A DNA stretch of 64,000 nucleotides from a virus, in IMG/VR virus record IMGVR_UViG_3300029922_000013, positions 64,001-128,000 of that record; one strand, 5' to 3'. The first letter of the stretch is position 1. The number at the start of each line of letters is the position of its first letter. The notes beneath the pieces are model-generated. The model had not been told where the DNA came from, made no database searches, and saw only the letters and a list, made by a program, of their open reading frames with translations. The position numbers and the translations under genes were made by a program. Shown here piece after piece: positions 27,699 to 38,322 of the stretch.

Positions 27699-30600
27699 TT
27701 AGTTACCGATTCTGTAGATGCTTATGGTTGCGGCTACTGGAGCAATAGTAACTGAGCTATTTTGGAAAAGAGAAACTGTATCCCCAGCATTTAGTTTTAA
27801 AATCGTACCGCCTTGAGCGTATCTATTCACTGCTTGCGTAGTTTCGGCTCTAGAACCACCCAAGAGATTGGTAGTCGGTGTAGCTCCACCAGCATTAACT
27901 GAAGCGTATCCCTCATAATTTCCATTCACAGCAAAAGCAGTCGCACTAGAAATCAAAGTACCGTCTGCATGATAAGTGCCACTTTGTGGACAAGTCCAAA
28001 CGCCAGTGCTCGTATTATACGAATTGGTGGTATCCTCGATCTTGTTCGTAAGGATAATTATTCCCGCACTCACGGAAGAACTCGTCGTGTTATACTTCAT
28101 GGCTACTGTATTGGACCCTGAAGAAGAACTTGAAGACGATCCTCCACCAGAAATGAGTTCAAACGTTACATAGTTATTCGTAGATGTATTATCTAGAGTA
28201 ATCGTGTTGCCGGTGCCGTTAGTAACTGTAAGCCACAATAAATCTCCGGCCTGAGCGTAGAAGGTCGTAGACCCATTAGGGAAAGCTCCAACTGCTGACG
28301 TAGTTTGAGCAGAGAATTCCCCAAGTGTAGATGTCGTAGAAACAGACCCAGACTGATTGGCGGTGAGCTTTATTTGCTGAGACACGGTCATAGTCCCAGT
28401 GTTTTGAGTTGTGACAATACCGGTGACCTTCCAATAACCCGTGATCGGAACCGTATATTTACCAGTACTAGTCGAATATCCTGCGTTCGTATCGTAAACA
28501 GAAGCAGAAAATATAACATTGGTTGTTGCAGTTGTGGCAATGGAAGTATTCGAAGTTGTGGCTTTTGCAGCTATAGCCCCACTTCCGGAACCTCCCCCAC
28601 TGCTTCCGCCAGTACCTGCACCGTAGAATTCTTCCACGATGATGATACCTGCAGCTCCAGTACCCCCAACATATCCAGATCCAGCACCACCACTACCGTT
28701 AGTGCCACCTGAACCAATGGCCATCGTATATGTGGGCAATGGATTTGACACAATAGCGACAGTCATACCACCGCCACCACCACCTGCTCCCGCCGCGAAG
28801 CCAGCCACGTTAGCGAGTGCACCGCTACCACCACCGCCGCTATTAGCGGTGGCATTTAAGCCGTGCCCAGTAACTGCACTAGAATTTAGTCCACCGCCAG
28901 CATAAAGTGGTGAACTACCACCTATACCTCCAGATAAAACGGGTACTGAACCTGATGTTATCACTTGTTTAGCGCCGCCAACTTGACCACTGAGATTTAA
29001 ATAACCACCGGTTCCTGCACCGCCAGCTCCGCCATCGTTTGTTCCAGCAGCACTTCCGCCCGTAGCTGATAACGAAACAGTTCCGCCAGAAAACGTACTG
29101 GTACCGCCTCCAGAACCGCCCACCGTTGATGTTGTGCCTGATCCGCCACCGCCACCACCACCGCCGACCACAGTAACCCTCAGGTAAGAAGGCGAAGGAT
29201 TGGATGGGGCCGTATAGGTAGTCCCAGACGTAAGAACTTGAACTGTTGGAGCTTGTGAGGCAGATGCGGCAGCACTAGTTCCAGGACCAACGTAGAAATC
29301 GTCAAGATACAGAGCGAATCCGCCAGCGGGACCAGCTGTTGGATTATAAACTGCTATCTGAAAACTACCCATATTTGCTGGAGTTTGGAATGATCCCGTA
29401 CAATAGCCTACACCAGAAATTTGAGTGAAATTGAATACTCCTACGGGAATGATCCAAGCATTATTTTGGAGATCGTAAATGGCTACCCCAAAAGTATTGC
29501 TAGAAGTTCCGGAAAAATTTGTGCCAGTGGAGGTCACGGCACTGTATGCAAAACTAAACTGCAAAGTTTTGGATTGATCACAAATGTTTATAGCGACAGC
29601 CGGAGAAATGTACATATCCCCAGCATTGGTAGCTCCCGAGGCAGAAAAAGACATGGAATATTGACCAGAAAGCTGGCCAGAACTTACAACTGCAGGGGCG
29701 TGAGTGTTGGCATTCGCACCAGATCCACCATTAGAAGCAGAAAAGGCAGCATTCCCCGTTCCCACAGAAGTGGGTAGATTTGTAGAACTAAGAGAGGAAT
29801 GGGCCAAAGTCCATCCACTGACGTTGTCGTCTTCGAAAGTATTTCCGATAGCCAAATAGTTTCTACCCAAAACTGGTAAGTTCAACAACTGCCAGTTCCC
29901 AGCTTGATAATCGGCTTCAAAACTTACTGAGGAAGAAGTGAACGAAGAAGTTAGAGCGATCCAAACATCTTTGTTATAGGTGACACAATTTCCGATAACG
30001 TACGGGAAACTTGCAGCCCAAGGATTTAATCCCCCGCTACTTCCTGAACCACCAGTCAGCAACCAGGCCCCATTTCCGCTATCAGCAGCAGTATCATACG
30101 TAAAGATGAAGGTACTGCCCACTGGCATTGTTACGTTTGCCCCGGTTCCAGTTAAAATGTTGGTCGGACCAGTAGGAGAATGGTTATTTACGATGGTAGC
30201 AAGATTAGAACTTTGATTTGAAATAGTGATCGTTTGTCCATTGGTACCGGTAGGAATGCCGCTAAAAGTTGTTCCAGATGCAACAGTAGTCAAACGAACA
30301 AAGTTGTAGTTCTGGTCCCCAGAAGTTAGGGTCTGATTGGTTCCGCTATAGGAAGTAGCATCAGTAAAGGCATTGATAATAGTGGAAGCAAGAGCTACCC
30401 AAACGCCATTAGTGGTCGTGTTACTTTCCAGTTTTACTATGATAGATGCGCTAGGTTTTACGGTAAAAAGAGTGGTACCGCCATTATTGTTGATAGTCAA
30501 AATTCCAGTTGAAGTATTGTAGAATTCAAACTTTGCCCCACCTGGATTGCCGGAAGGGGCAGTTGGAAGAGAAAAGGTTGTAGCGTCTGGCAACTGAAAT

Positions 30601-30725
30601 ATTTGGGTTGTTGATCCCGTTAGAATCTCAATCTGCGGAGAAAAGTTAGTAAGGGTTGTGGTACCTGCTGCTGCGGTAATAGTTGTAATTCTCTCGATCA
30701 GACCGCCATATTGAAAAGTTGCCAT
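27699..30725 (-). CDS. Tail fibre / receptor-binding protein, Gly-rich, with C1q-like C-terminal domains
   Basis: T/S/G-rich; VVGGGGGG Gly-rich domain; two YxTSTGxxTxPxxGxY C1q-like repeats; CBM-like WAASFPYVIGNCVTY. Confidence 0.75.
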   Translation of the reverse strand: MATFQYGGLIERITTITAAAGTTTLTNFSPQIEILTGSTTQIFQLPDATTFSLPTAPSGNPGGAKFEFYNTSTGILTINNNGGTTLFTVKPSASIIVKLESNTTTNGVWVALASTIINAFTDATSYSGTNQTLTSGDQNYNFVRLTTVASGTTFSGIPTGTNGQTITISNQSSNLATIVNNHSPTGPTNILTGTGANVTMPVGSTFIFTYDTAADSGNGAWLLTGGSGSSGGLNPWAASFPYVIGNCVTYNKDVWIALTSSFTSSSVSFEADYQAGNWQLLNLPVLGRNYLAIGNTFEDDNVSGWTLAHSSLSSTNLPTSVGTGNAAFSASNGGSGANANTHAPAVVSSGQLSGQYSMSFSASGATNAGDMYISPAVAINICDQSKTLQFSFAYSAVTSTGTNFSGTSSNTFGVAIYDLQNNAWIIPVGVFNFTQISGVGYCTGSFQTPANMGSFQIAVYNPTAGPAGGFALYLDDFYVGPGTSAAASASQAPTVQVLTSGTTYTAPSNPSPSYLRVTVVGGGGGGGGSGTTSTVGGSGGGTSTFSGGTVSLSATGGSAAGTNDGGAGGAGTGGYLNLSGQVGGAKQVITSGSVPVLSGGIGGSSPLYAGGGLNSSAVTGHGLNATANSGGGGSGALANVAGFAAGAGGGGGGMTVAIVSNPLPTYTMAIGSGGTNGSGGAGSGYVGGTGAAGIIIVEEFYGAGTGGSSGGGSGSGAIAAKATTSNTSIATTATTNVIFSASVYDTNAGYSTSTGKYTVPITGYWKVTGIVTTQNTGTMTVSQQIKLTANQSGSVSTTSTLGEFSAQTTSAVGAFPNGSTTFYAQAGDLLWLTVTNGTGNTITLDNTSTNNYVTFELISGGGSSSSSSSGSNTVAMKYNTTSSSVSAGIIILTNKIEDTTNSYNTSTGVWTCPQSGTYHADGTLISSATAFAVNGNYEGYASVNAGGATPTTNLLGGSRAETTQAVNRYAQGGTILKLNAGDTVSLFQNSSVTIAPVAATISIYRIGN

Positions 30726-30752
30726 TTTATTCTCCTAAACCTTTATATATCA

Positions 30753-30760
30753 TAAAGATT
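30753..30760 (-). promoter_or_regulatory. AATCTTTA putative late promoter
   Basis: Recurrent octamer upstream of structural genes. Confidence 0.65.
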
Positions 30761-30814
30761 GCCGGTTTATCTTTTAACGCTAAATTGCTTACTTTACTAA
30801 ATAAATTCACATAC

Positions 30815-31912
30815 TTATGGTTGATAACTTGCCAACTGCCACGAAAGTTTGTAATTGGAGGTGTCTAGTGGCATATTCCAGTCAACTGTAAAAAAGGAAG
30901 AGCTTTTGTTCCTAATCAAAATAGGTTGAAATTGTGGGTTGCTATCTGTACTATTTGTGAATTCTGCCAAAACCACATAATCTCCTGTGGCTAGAGGGGT
31001 AGGCAGAGAAATGGTAAGCGTTGTCGCTCCACTTCCTATAGGATACTCCCCTATTTGAGATATAGCTGCGCTTACCACATAATCTATCGCGTAATCTCCG
31101 GTATTTGTAGGATAGTTCCAGGTAGCCGTAAAGCTACTAGTAAGATGTCCAGAGGTCTTAGCGGTTATGGTAATAGGCTGGTATTCCACTCCGCTGAAAG
31201 GATCTAAAAGATTCGTGAATTGGGCCAATACTACAAAACTATTACTGATTTGGTCCACCGATAGTGGCACTGTCACGGAAGTAGCACCTAGGCCAACTGG
31301 GAAAGTACCGGCTACCCTAGCTGGGGTAACTGAAGTCCCGCTTGAGCTACCACCACCGACCAATTGTGTTATGTTACTTTGAGTTAGACCTGAGACCGTT
31401 CCAGCATTGTTGAATACGGTTATGTATGCAAATGGAAGAGTATTTGCCGTTGGGAGAGGTAGTTCAGAAGTTTCATTAACTGCAGCTGCGAGAGAGCCAG
31501 CCGAAAAAGAAGGCCCGACAGATATTCCCACGTTAGAGGAAGTATCCAACCACAGTAAAACCTGCTGATATTGGCCACTAGTAACTGACAGGGCTACGCT
31601 AGCACCAGTAGAAGTGGTAACATTTCCAGTAGGTGAAGTTGGTATTGTTGCAGTTGCTGACGATAAAAAAGGTACCGTATTATTAATGTAAGAGATGCTT
31701 CTCTGGATATTTGAATCTGGATTAGAAGGTAGACTCGTGGCTATAAGAACTTCGTGACCCAGGTTTATAAAGGGGACCACATTTAGAGGTGGCTCTAATT
31801 GAAAATTAATAGAAGTAAGAACTTCTTGAAGAGTCAAACCTGCAGTCGCGGCTATTTCTGAGAGAAGACCTCTTAATACTATTTGGCGACTATCGATTGG
31901 TTTAAATGCCAT
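30815..31912 (-). CDS. Fibre-associated protein with two H-lectin/gp53-like C-terminal domains
   Basis: Duplicated VVLAxFTN...QPI...FTxxWNxP...Y module. Confidence 0.65.
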   Translation of the reverse strand: MAFKPIDSRQIVLRGLLSEIAATAGLTLQEVLTSINFQLEPPLNVVPFINLGHEVLIATSLPSNPDSNIQRSISYINNTVPFLSSATATIPTSPTGNVTTSTGASVALSVTSGQYQQVLLWLDTSSNVGISVGPSFSAGSLAAAVNETSELPLPTANTLPFAYITVFNNAGTVSGLTQSNITQLVGGGSSSGTSVTPARVAGTFPVGLGATSVTVPLSVDQISNSFVVLAQFTNLLDPFSGVEYQPITITAKTSGHLTSSFTATWNYPTNTGDYAIDYVVSAAISQIGEYPIGSGATTLTISLPTPLATGDYVVLAEFTNSTDSNPQFQPILIRNKSSSFFTVDWNMPLDTSNYKLSWQLASYQP

Positions 31913-31923
31913 ATATTACCCTA

Positions 31924-34900
31924 TTAATTATTCAGTATTGCTGTCCAAGACAAGACATAATTTGCCGTATCCGTTGGCATATTCCATTTCAAAGTAAATC
32001 CAGTAGTAGCCTGAGCTGTTACGTCGATAGGTTGGAATTGCGGATTCGTATCCGTGGTATTTAAGAAATTGGCAGTCACAGAATAGGCGGTACTAGCGTA
32101 TGCCGTACTGAGCGTGATAGCCTTACTGGTTGCACCACTCGTCAAAGTCGTTTTACCACTAAATATCCCTAACATCGTTAGAACTTGAGCAGCAGTTAGA
32201 TCTGCAGCATTAGCCGTACTACCAGTATTGTTACCTTTGATAGTATCAGCCGGCATTTGAGCCAAGTTAGTATTGGTAATGACGTTGGTTCCAGATACAC
32301 TTGCAGCAGTCCCAGACGTATTCGCCGCGTTATTCGGAATGTCCCCCGAAGCTAAAGCTCCCCATGCTGGAGCGGCAGATACCGATCCCGTTCCAGTTTG
32401 AGTTAGGAATTGTTTTGTGGCCGTGGTATTACCTGCAAGTCTGGCTGGTGCTGGAGTTGCATTTTCATATATAATATCACCCAATGTGGTCATTGGGTTA
32501 GTGAACGGAGTAGACCAAGTCATGGCCGTTGAACCGCCAGCCTGGGATGTTAGGACTTGGCCAGCACTACCAACGGTTGTTGGGAGATTGAAATTGTATG
32601 CGGAAGTTGCACCACCGTTTTGTACGGTGATGGATGCTCCACCTACTCCTGTAACAGCGAAACTAAGTTGACCTGTTTGGACAGCATTGATACCTAAAGT
32701 AGGAGTTGCTGTAAACGAAGGATCTGAACTAGTTCCTTGACCAGCAAGAAGTGTTCCAGCAGCAGCCGCAGCCAGTTGAGTAATGGCAGAGGTTCCAGCA
32801 CCAATCAGGACACCGTGATTTGTCAGTGTCGTTTGGCCAGTACCGCCATGATTCACAGCGATGGTGGTAGCATTCCACGTACCAGTTGTGATAGTTCCAA
32901 CGGACACCAGAGCCGAAGCCGTAGTTAGCCCACTAAGAGTGGTAAGGGTGGAATTAGTAGTCGCTACTAGTGAAGTTACCCCAGTATTCGAGATGGTCAC
33001 GTCTCCAGTTACAGCAGTTGCTGTAGCAACATTTGATCCATTACCGAGCAAGATATCCGCACTTGGAAGAGATGCTAATTTGGAGAAAGCAATTGCTGCA
33101 GAGCCAGATACCTGAGTATTTGTAATTCCACCAGCCTTGACTTCTAGCTGATCACTGCCATTGATATCTATAGTAGAATTATCAACATTAACTGAAATTT
33201 TTGTACCACTTCCACCTGAAATAGCGCCGGTAGTGGAGAATGCAGTGGAAGCGATTTGTGTTTCAGTAATTCCCGCATTTTTAACGGAGAAAACTCCACT
33301 TACTAATTGAAGTGTTATTCCATCTGCCGAGTATGCTCCTGCTGAAGAAAACTGGACCCAAGTGATAGCAGTCGTGCCAAGTGTCCCGCCTGGTTGGGAA
33401 GTGCAGACAAAACCTAAATCGGCATTGACAGTACCTTCTTGTACAAATACAGCAGCCGCTGGGACTTCAGCCCAAGTATTCATATCTGAAGAACGTGCCC
33501 ACGCTCCAGAAGCGGAAACGTATATCCCGTTATTTGCTGCTGTGGACTGATTTTTAACTAAAACACGAGAAGAGCTTGTGGTGAACCCATCAATTGTTTG
33601 CTCACCGGACAGGGTAATGTTAGCCGTAGTAGCTACCAAAACTGCATTTTTCCAAGAAGTAGCGTTGATAAAATTGTCAACATAGCTTTTGTTGACCAAA
33701 TCATTTGGATTAACAGGAGTGCTACTATTTGTAGGTGTAAATCCGCCAAGATTGATAGCGCCAGACATCGTTCCACCAGCAAGAGGTAGATATATAGCCG
33801 ACAAGCTTGGAATGTCTGCGGAAACGAGAGACCTAAAGGTAGGCTGAGCTGCCGATCCAGTAGATGGCCCCGCAAACACAGTATTGGCAGTTTGAGTACT
33901 AAGGGTAAAAGTTAAAGTTCCGGAACTAGTTACCGGACTTCCAGAAATAGAATAAATGGGTGTTGAACTTCCGTCCGAGAGGGCGACAGAAGTAACGGTA
34001 CCACTAGTGGCAGGACTTGCCCAAGATGGGATTCCGCCAGACACTGTAAGTATTTGTCCTGTGGAACCAATGCCCAACTTGGACAACACGTTGGTCGCGC
34101 TAGCGTACAAAGTGTCACCAGTTGTGTACGAACTTAGTCCGGTACCACCATGTGTTGGTCCTATTGCAGTTCCATTCCACACACCGGTCGTAATGGTTCC
34201 GATAGACGCAAGACTAGAAGCTGTGGTAAGAGCAGACAGACTAGTGAGAGTTCCGTTAGAAGTAGCCACTAAACTGGTAGCTAATGACCCAGCAGTAGTC
34301 GTTACGTCACCAGTTAATGTTGGGAATTGACCTGCTTGCAAAGTTCCAGATGCTTGTGTTGTAAGAGAAACTGTGCCAGAAAGTTGAGAAGTTGGCAGAC
34401 TCAAAGAAGAAAGGGTGGTTAGCGTGGAATTGGAGGTAGCTGTGATATTAGCAGCATTCCCAGAAATATTTCCAGATACTTGCGATCCAGGCAAAGAAAG
34501 GCTTGAAAGAGTAGTAAGGGTACTGTTACTAGTAGCAGTGATATTGGCAGCTGTACCCGTTGTATTTTGATTTAACGTAGGAATATCAGCTACAACAATA
34601 GTTCTAAATGTAGGTGCTCCTGATGATCCATTAGGTGCAGCCAAAAACGTATTTGCGGCTTGATTTTGAAAACTAGAAAGAGTTAGGTTACCAGTGCTAG
34701 TAATCGGAGTATTTGTAACATTAAACAATCCAGTAGAATCAACTAACCCAACTGAAGTGACCCCAGTACTTGGAATCGAATAGTAACCTAACGTTCCCGA
34801 ACCGTTCGTACCATAATATTTCGTATTACCTGGGGTTGCGGAATCGTTAACTAAAGTTACCGTTCCACCAGTATTTACTAAAGAATCTGAGAAGACTAAT

Positions 34901-35754
34901 GCCGAACCGCCTGCTTGCCAGGTAGGAAGGGCTCCGGGACCGTTTGAAGTGAGAACATATCCGCTAGTACCTAAACCTGAAACCTGCTGTAGGGCGCCTG
35001 TAGAAGTCAACCCACCTGCTAGTACCGCGTAAGGTGTAAAAGAAGTGTTTCCAGTACCGCCTTCAGAAACTGAAGCTGGATTTGGACCAGCGCCACTTGG
35101 GACGTTCCCAACACCCATCATTTGGCCATCGATCCAAATTTGAGTAGTGCTCATCACTATACCAATTTTTAGATCGGATTCGTTAGTACCAGTTGGGGCA
35201 GTCGTACTAAAAGCTCCTGCGGAAGTCAGCCAAACTGGCTTGCCGATATCGCCTGTGGCAAAATCAGTATCACTGGAGCCTAGAGTGTAAGAACCGAATG
35301 AGTAAACCGTTATGCCTTGTCCAGCGGATACGCTGGTGGTAGAGAAAGCTATACCAATCGCCCAAAACTCGTCTGCCGTAACAGTATTGTAATCGGCTTT
35401 GTAAACTTCATCTGTTGATTCTGAGAGAGAGTTCATTCCCCATCGAACAATGTAAGAAGTATCTGCCGTGAAAGATTCACCAGCAATAAAAGTATTTGAT
35501 ATTGCAGAAGAAGTGGCCACTGAAGACCAACTTAAGTTCCCAGAGCCATCGTTTTTAAGAAATGTCCCGGCTGTTCCCTGGGCATTTGGCCAGAACACAG
35601 CATAGCTGGTAGTAGTGGCGGAAGCAAATTGGGTAAGATTTCCAGAAGTAGCTCCGTCAACTTGTAATCCCAACACACTTAGGGTGTTGAGAGATAGATC
35701 TACAGTTCTAGGGGCACCGTTTTGGAGTTGTAGAAATTTCGAATAAACACTCAT
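31924..35754 (-). CDS. Long fibre protein, 1276 aa
   Basis: WKNAVLVATTANITLSG...RVLVKNQ...NGIY tail-fibre domain; repeated GTVTSV, LTGDVT and GGTG modules. Confidence 0.8.
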   Translation of the reverse strand: MSVYSKFLQLQNGAPRTVDLSLNTLSVLGLQVDGATSGNLTQFASATTTSYAVFWPNAQGTAGTFLKNDGSGNLSWSSVATSSAISNTFIAGESFTADTSYIVRWGMNSLSESTDEVYKADYNTVTADEFWAIGIAFSTTSVSAGQGITVYSFGSYTLGSSDTDFATGDIGKPVWLTSAGAFSTTAPTGTNESDLKIGIVMSTTQIWIDGQMMGVGNVPSGAGPNPASVSEGGTGNTSFTPYAVLAGGLTSTGALQQVSGLGTSGYVLTSNGPGALPTWQAGGSALVFSDSLVNTGGTVTLVNDSATPGNTKYYGTNGSGTLGYYSIPSTGVTSVGLVDSTGLFNVTNTPITSTGNLTLSSFQNQAANTFLAAPNGSSGAPTFRTIVVADIPTLNQNTTGTAANITATSNSTLTTLSSLSLPGSQVSGNISGNAANITATSNSTLTTLSSLSLPTSQLSGTVSLTTQASGTLQAGQFPTLTGDVTTTAGSLATSLVATSNGTLTSLSALTTASSLASIGTITTGVWNGTAIGPTHGGTGLSSYTTGDTLYASATNVLSKLGIGSTGQILTVSGGIPSWASPATSGTVTSVALSDGSSTPIYSISGSPVTSSGTLTFTLSTQTANTVFAGPSTGSAAQPTFRSLVSADIPSLSAIYLPLAGGTMSGAINLGGFTPTNSSTPVNPNDLVNKSYVDNFINATSWKNAVLVATTANITLSGEQTIDGFTTSSSRVLVKNQSTAANNGIYVSASGAWARSSDMNTWAEVPAAAVFVQEGTVNADLGFVCTSQPGGTLGTTAITWVQFSSAGAYSADGITLQLVSGVFSVKNAGITETQIASTAFSTTGAISGGSGTKISVNVDNSTIDINGSDQLEVKAGGITNTQVSGSAAIAFSKLASLPSADILLGNGSNVATATAVTGDVTISNTGVTSLVATTNSTLTTLSGLTTASALVSVGTITTGTWNATTIAVNHGGTGQTTLTNHGVLIGAGTSAITQLAAAAAGTLLAGQGTSSDPSFTATPTLGINAVQTGQLSFAVTGVGGASITVQNGGATSAYNFNLPTTVGSAGQVLTSQAGGSTAMTWSTPFTNPMTTLGDIIYENATPAPARLAGNTTATKQFLTQTGTGSVSAAPAWGALASGDIPNNAANTSGTAASVSGTNVITNTNLAQMPADTIKGNNTGSTANAADLTAAQVLTMLGIFSGKTTLTSGATSKAITLSTAYASTAYSVTANFLNTTDTNPQFQPIDVTAQATTGFTLKWNMPTDTANYVLSWTAILNN
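34393..34551 (-). repeat. Two identical 21-aa repeats (AANITATSNSTLTTLSSLSLP)
   Basis: Copies at 34489-34551 and 34393-34455; 16 of 21 codons differ synonymously. Confidence 0.85.
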
Positions 35755-35815
35755 GTTATCTTCCTCTTAACTGCATTAATCTTTTTTGAGAAATTCGTCA
35801 TCTATCAACCCTAGT

Positions 35816-35823
35816 TAAAGATT
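35816..35823 (-). promoter_or_regulatory. AATCTTTA putative late promoter
   Basis: CGGCAATCTTTA, same 12-mer as at 30753. Confidence 0.65.
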
Positions 35824-35860
35824 GCCGTTTTCGAGGCGTTCAAAGGGTTTATATCATAAT

Positions 35861-35892
35861 AAAAAGGGTTGACCACCAATGGCAGTCAACCC
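35861..35892 (-). terminator. Rho-independent terminator after the 770-aa fibre gene
   Basis: GGGTTGAC/GTCAACCC stem followed by a T5 run on the minus strand. Confidence 0.75.
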
Positions 35893-35922
35893 CTTAATAT
35901 CATTAATTAATTGGGGTAAATG

Positions 35923-38235
35923 TTAATTTATTCCCATAGTTTGAACTTGGACCATGATGTTATTGGCATCTTTAACCATACCAACCTTAACAACAGCCGA
36001 AAGAGTTGCTGTAGGAGCGGTAGTGGTACAAGCGCCAGATGCACCCAGATAGAGTGGAAGTCCTGGGGTGAATCCATGCGAAGGTACATTGATATAACCT
36101 TCTTCGGTCACAGTGACTGCTCCACCAGCAGAAACTGCACCTGCTGGGTAAGCTAGACCGATAACGTAGAAGTTATCGTTAGTGGTGGTATCGTTATCAG
36201 CTTTCCACATATGGCCAGCAGTGCCGCCGCCATCAGTTGTACGTTCATATCTCAAGGCATACAAAGTACTTGCCGACAAAGCCTGATCTGAAATTTCAGA
36301 AGTGGCATTTTTAGGAGAAGACAACACTTCGATAGTGCTTCCAGCTCCATTTTGATCGGTAGTAATTCCGTCCGTGACAGCGCCGAGTTTAGCAGCAGTT
36401 ACGGCAGCATTGTTGATCTTAGAAGTAGTAACAGCATTTGCAGCAATCGTAGTTGCAAAACTACCAGTACCGGAACCAGTTACATCACCAGTCAAGGTGA
36501 TCGTTTGGTCGCCAGTGTTGGTTCCGCTTGAACTTCCGGAGAAGTTAGAAGCAGAAATTGCACCAGAGAAGTTCGCAGCAGCAGCCGTAATGGTTCCAGT
36601 GAGAGTAGGGCTTGCACTGAAAACAACGTTTCCAGTACCAGTCGTACCGGTAACCGTGTTACCTTGGATGGCTGCGATAGTAGCAGCTTCAGATTGCGAC
36701 TGAGTAGCAGCAGAAGTCGTAACGTCACCAGTTAACTGATTGATAGCGTTAACAGTAACAGCGCCAGTTGCACCGTTTACGGAAACAACGCCGTCAGCAA
36801 GAGGGGAACGCTGCCAAATAGTGCCATTGTAGATGACGAAATCGCCAACATAGTAGCTTTGTGAACCGCTACCAAGATTTTGGGTACCAGCGACAGATAC
36901 GCGATAAACCCAACCAGCAGTTCCGGTGCCGTCAGCAAGAGTTGGAGTGTTGGTAGAAGCATCCCATGCTCCTTTGTACTCCATGACGCTAGAAGGCAAT
37001 TGGCTAAGAGGAACTTTACCGGAACCATCCAAAGAAGCTACGCCGTTAGCAGAACCAACTTCGGTTTGGGTTACGTAAGTAGCAGACAAATCTGGGATAT
37101 CTGCAGAAACCAAAGATCTGAATCCTGGTTGAGCAGCAGATCCGCTAGATGGACCAGCAAATACTTTATTTGCAGACTGAGTGTTAAGAGTAAAGGTCAG
37201 ATTACCAGTGCTGGTAACAGGACTGTTAGAGATGGTGTAGATTGGTGTACTAGAACCATCAGCTAAACCGACAGAAGTTACGGTACCGCTCGTTGCAGGG
37301 GCTACCCACGATGCGGTCGACCCATTGGAAGTAAGAACGTACCCAGAAGTACCTATAGCAAGGTTGCCGTAAGTATTGGTACCGGTTCCTAAGATCAATC
37401 CACCAGTTGCAGTAGCTGGGGCAAGTGCGTTAAATGCAGCTGCAGCTGAAGTCTGGCCAGTACCGCCGTTTGCTATTGCAATCGTAGTACCATTCCAAGT
37501 ACCGCTGGTGATTGTCCCAACGGAAGTTAAGCTGGAAGAGAGTACGTTAGATGCCAAAGTAGAGCCAGTGAGAGTTCCAGCAGGAGCAACTACGGCATTA
37601 CCGCTAGCAGCAGTGATCAATCCCTTAGCATTTACAGTAAAGGTGGGAATGGATGTTGAAGAACCGAAACTGCCCACATTTAGGTTGACAGTCGCCAAAG
37701 TAAAGGCAGCGGCTCCCGGACCACTCGCTGTGCCATCTCCGGTCAAGCTAGTGATAGCACTCGTGGAAAGGTTGGCGAGGGCGTTATCGATACCAGCCAA
37801 TGCGCCCATGACTGTTGGAGCAGTAGGGGTGAAAAAGTTATAAGTAGCCGTATCTCCAATGAGAGAAGACCCTGCATCAACCCCACTAGTAAGAGTGGTT
37901 GTTCCTGCAGTTGGGGTTTGTGACCCACTACCGCTAGTCAGGGTGGCCATGTTGTTGGAGTGTGCTAGGTTCCAAGCAGCGATTTGAGCTGCAATCGTAG
38001 TCGAACCATTGAACACTAGGGCAATTGAGTTGCCGGCTGCTCCAGGGTTATTTGCCGTAATCGTTACGGAAGTAGACGTTCCAGGAATCGTCCCAGTAAA
38101 GGAGCTATAGGCTCCTGTTTGTGAGAGAAGTGTTGTTCCAACTTCGAGAGCTTGGACCTGGAGAGTATTTGCTGACAAGTCAATAGTTCGTGCTACGCCA
38201 TTGACTAATTCTAAAAACTTACTGTAAGTAGACAT
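35923..38235 (-). CDS. Fibre protein, 770 aa, paralogous to the 1276-aa fibre
   Basis: Near-identical N-terminus and shared ~75-aa module; YKGAWDA and GVVSVNGATGAV motifs. Confidence 0.8.
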   Translation of the reverse strand: MSTYSKFLELVNGVARTIDLSANTLQVQALEVGTTLLSQTGAYSSFTGTIPGTSTSVTITANNPGAAGNSIALVFNGSTTIAAQIAAWNLAHSNNMATLTSGSGSQTPTAGTTTLTSGVDAGSSLIGDTATYNFFTPTAPTVMGALAGIDNALANLSTSAITSLTGDGTASGPGAAAFTLATVNLNVGSFGSSTSIPTFTVNAKGLITAASGNAVVAPAGTLTGSTLASNVLSSSLTSVGTITSGTWNGTTIAIANGGTGQTSAAAAFNALAPATATGGLILGTGTNTYGNLAIGTSGYVLTSNGSTASWVAPATSGTVTSVGLADGSSTPIYTISNSPVTSTGNLTFTLNTQSANKVFAGPSSGSAAQPGFRSLVSADIPDLSATYVTQTEVGSANGVASLDGSGKVPLSQLPSSVMEYKGAWDASTNTPTLADGTGTAGWVYRVSVAGTQNLGSGSQSYYVGDFVIYNGTIWQRSPLADGVVSVNGATGAVTVNAINQLTGDVTTSAATQSQSEAATIAAIQGNTVTGTTGTGNVVFSASPTLTGTITAAAANFSGAISASNFSGSSSGTNTGDQTITLTGDVTGSGTGSFATTIAANAVTTSKINNAAVTAAKLGAVTDGITTDQNGAGSTIEVLSSPKNATSEISDQALSASTLYALRYERTTDGGGTAGHMWKADNDTTTNDNFYVIGLAYPAGAVSAGGAVTVTEEGYINVPSHGFTPGLPLYLGASGACTTTAPTATLSAVVKVGMVKDANNIMVQVQTMGIN

Positions 38236-38270
38236 GTTGTGTTACCTCTTTTTTTAATTATGTGTTGCTT

Positions 38271-38278
38271 TAAAGATT
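38271..38278 (-). promoter_or_regulatory. AATCTTTA putative late promoter
   Basis: Octamer about 35 nt upstream of ATG. Confidence 0.6.
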
Positions 38279-38322
38279 ATCCCTTGTTTTATAAACCAAT
38301 ACAATTTATTGATATTAAAGGA

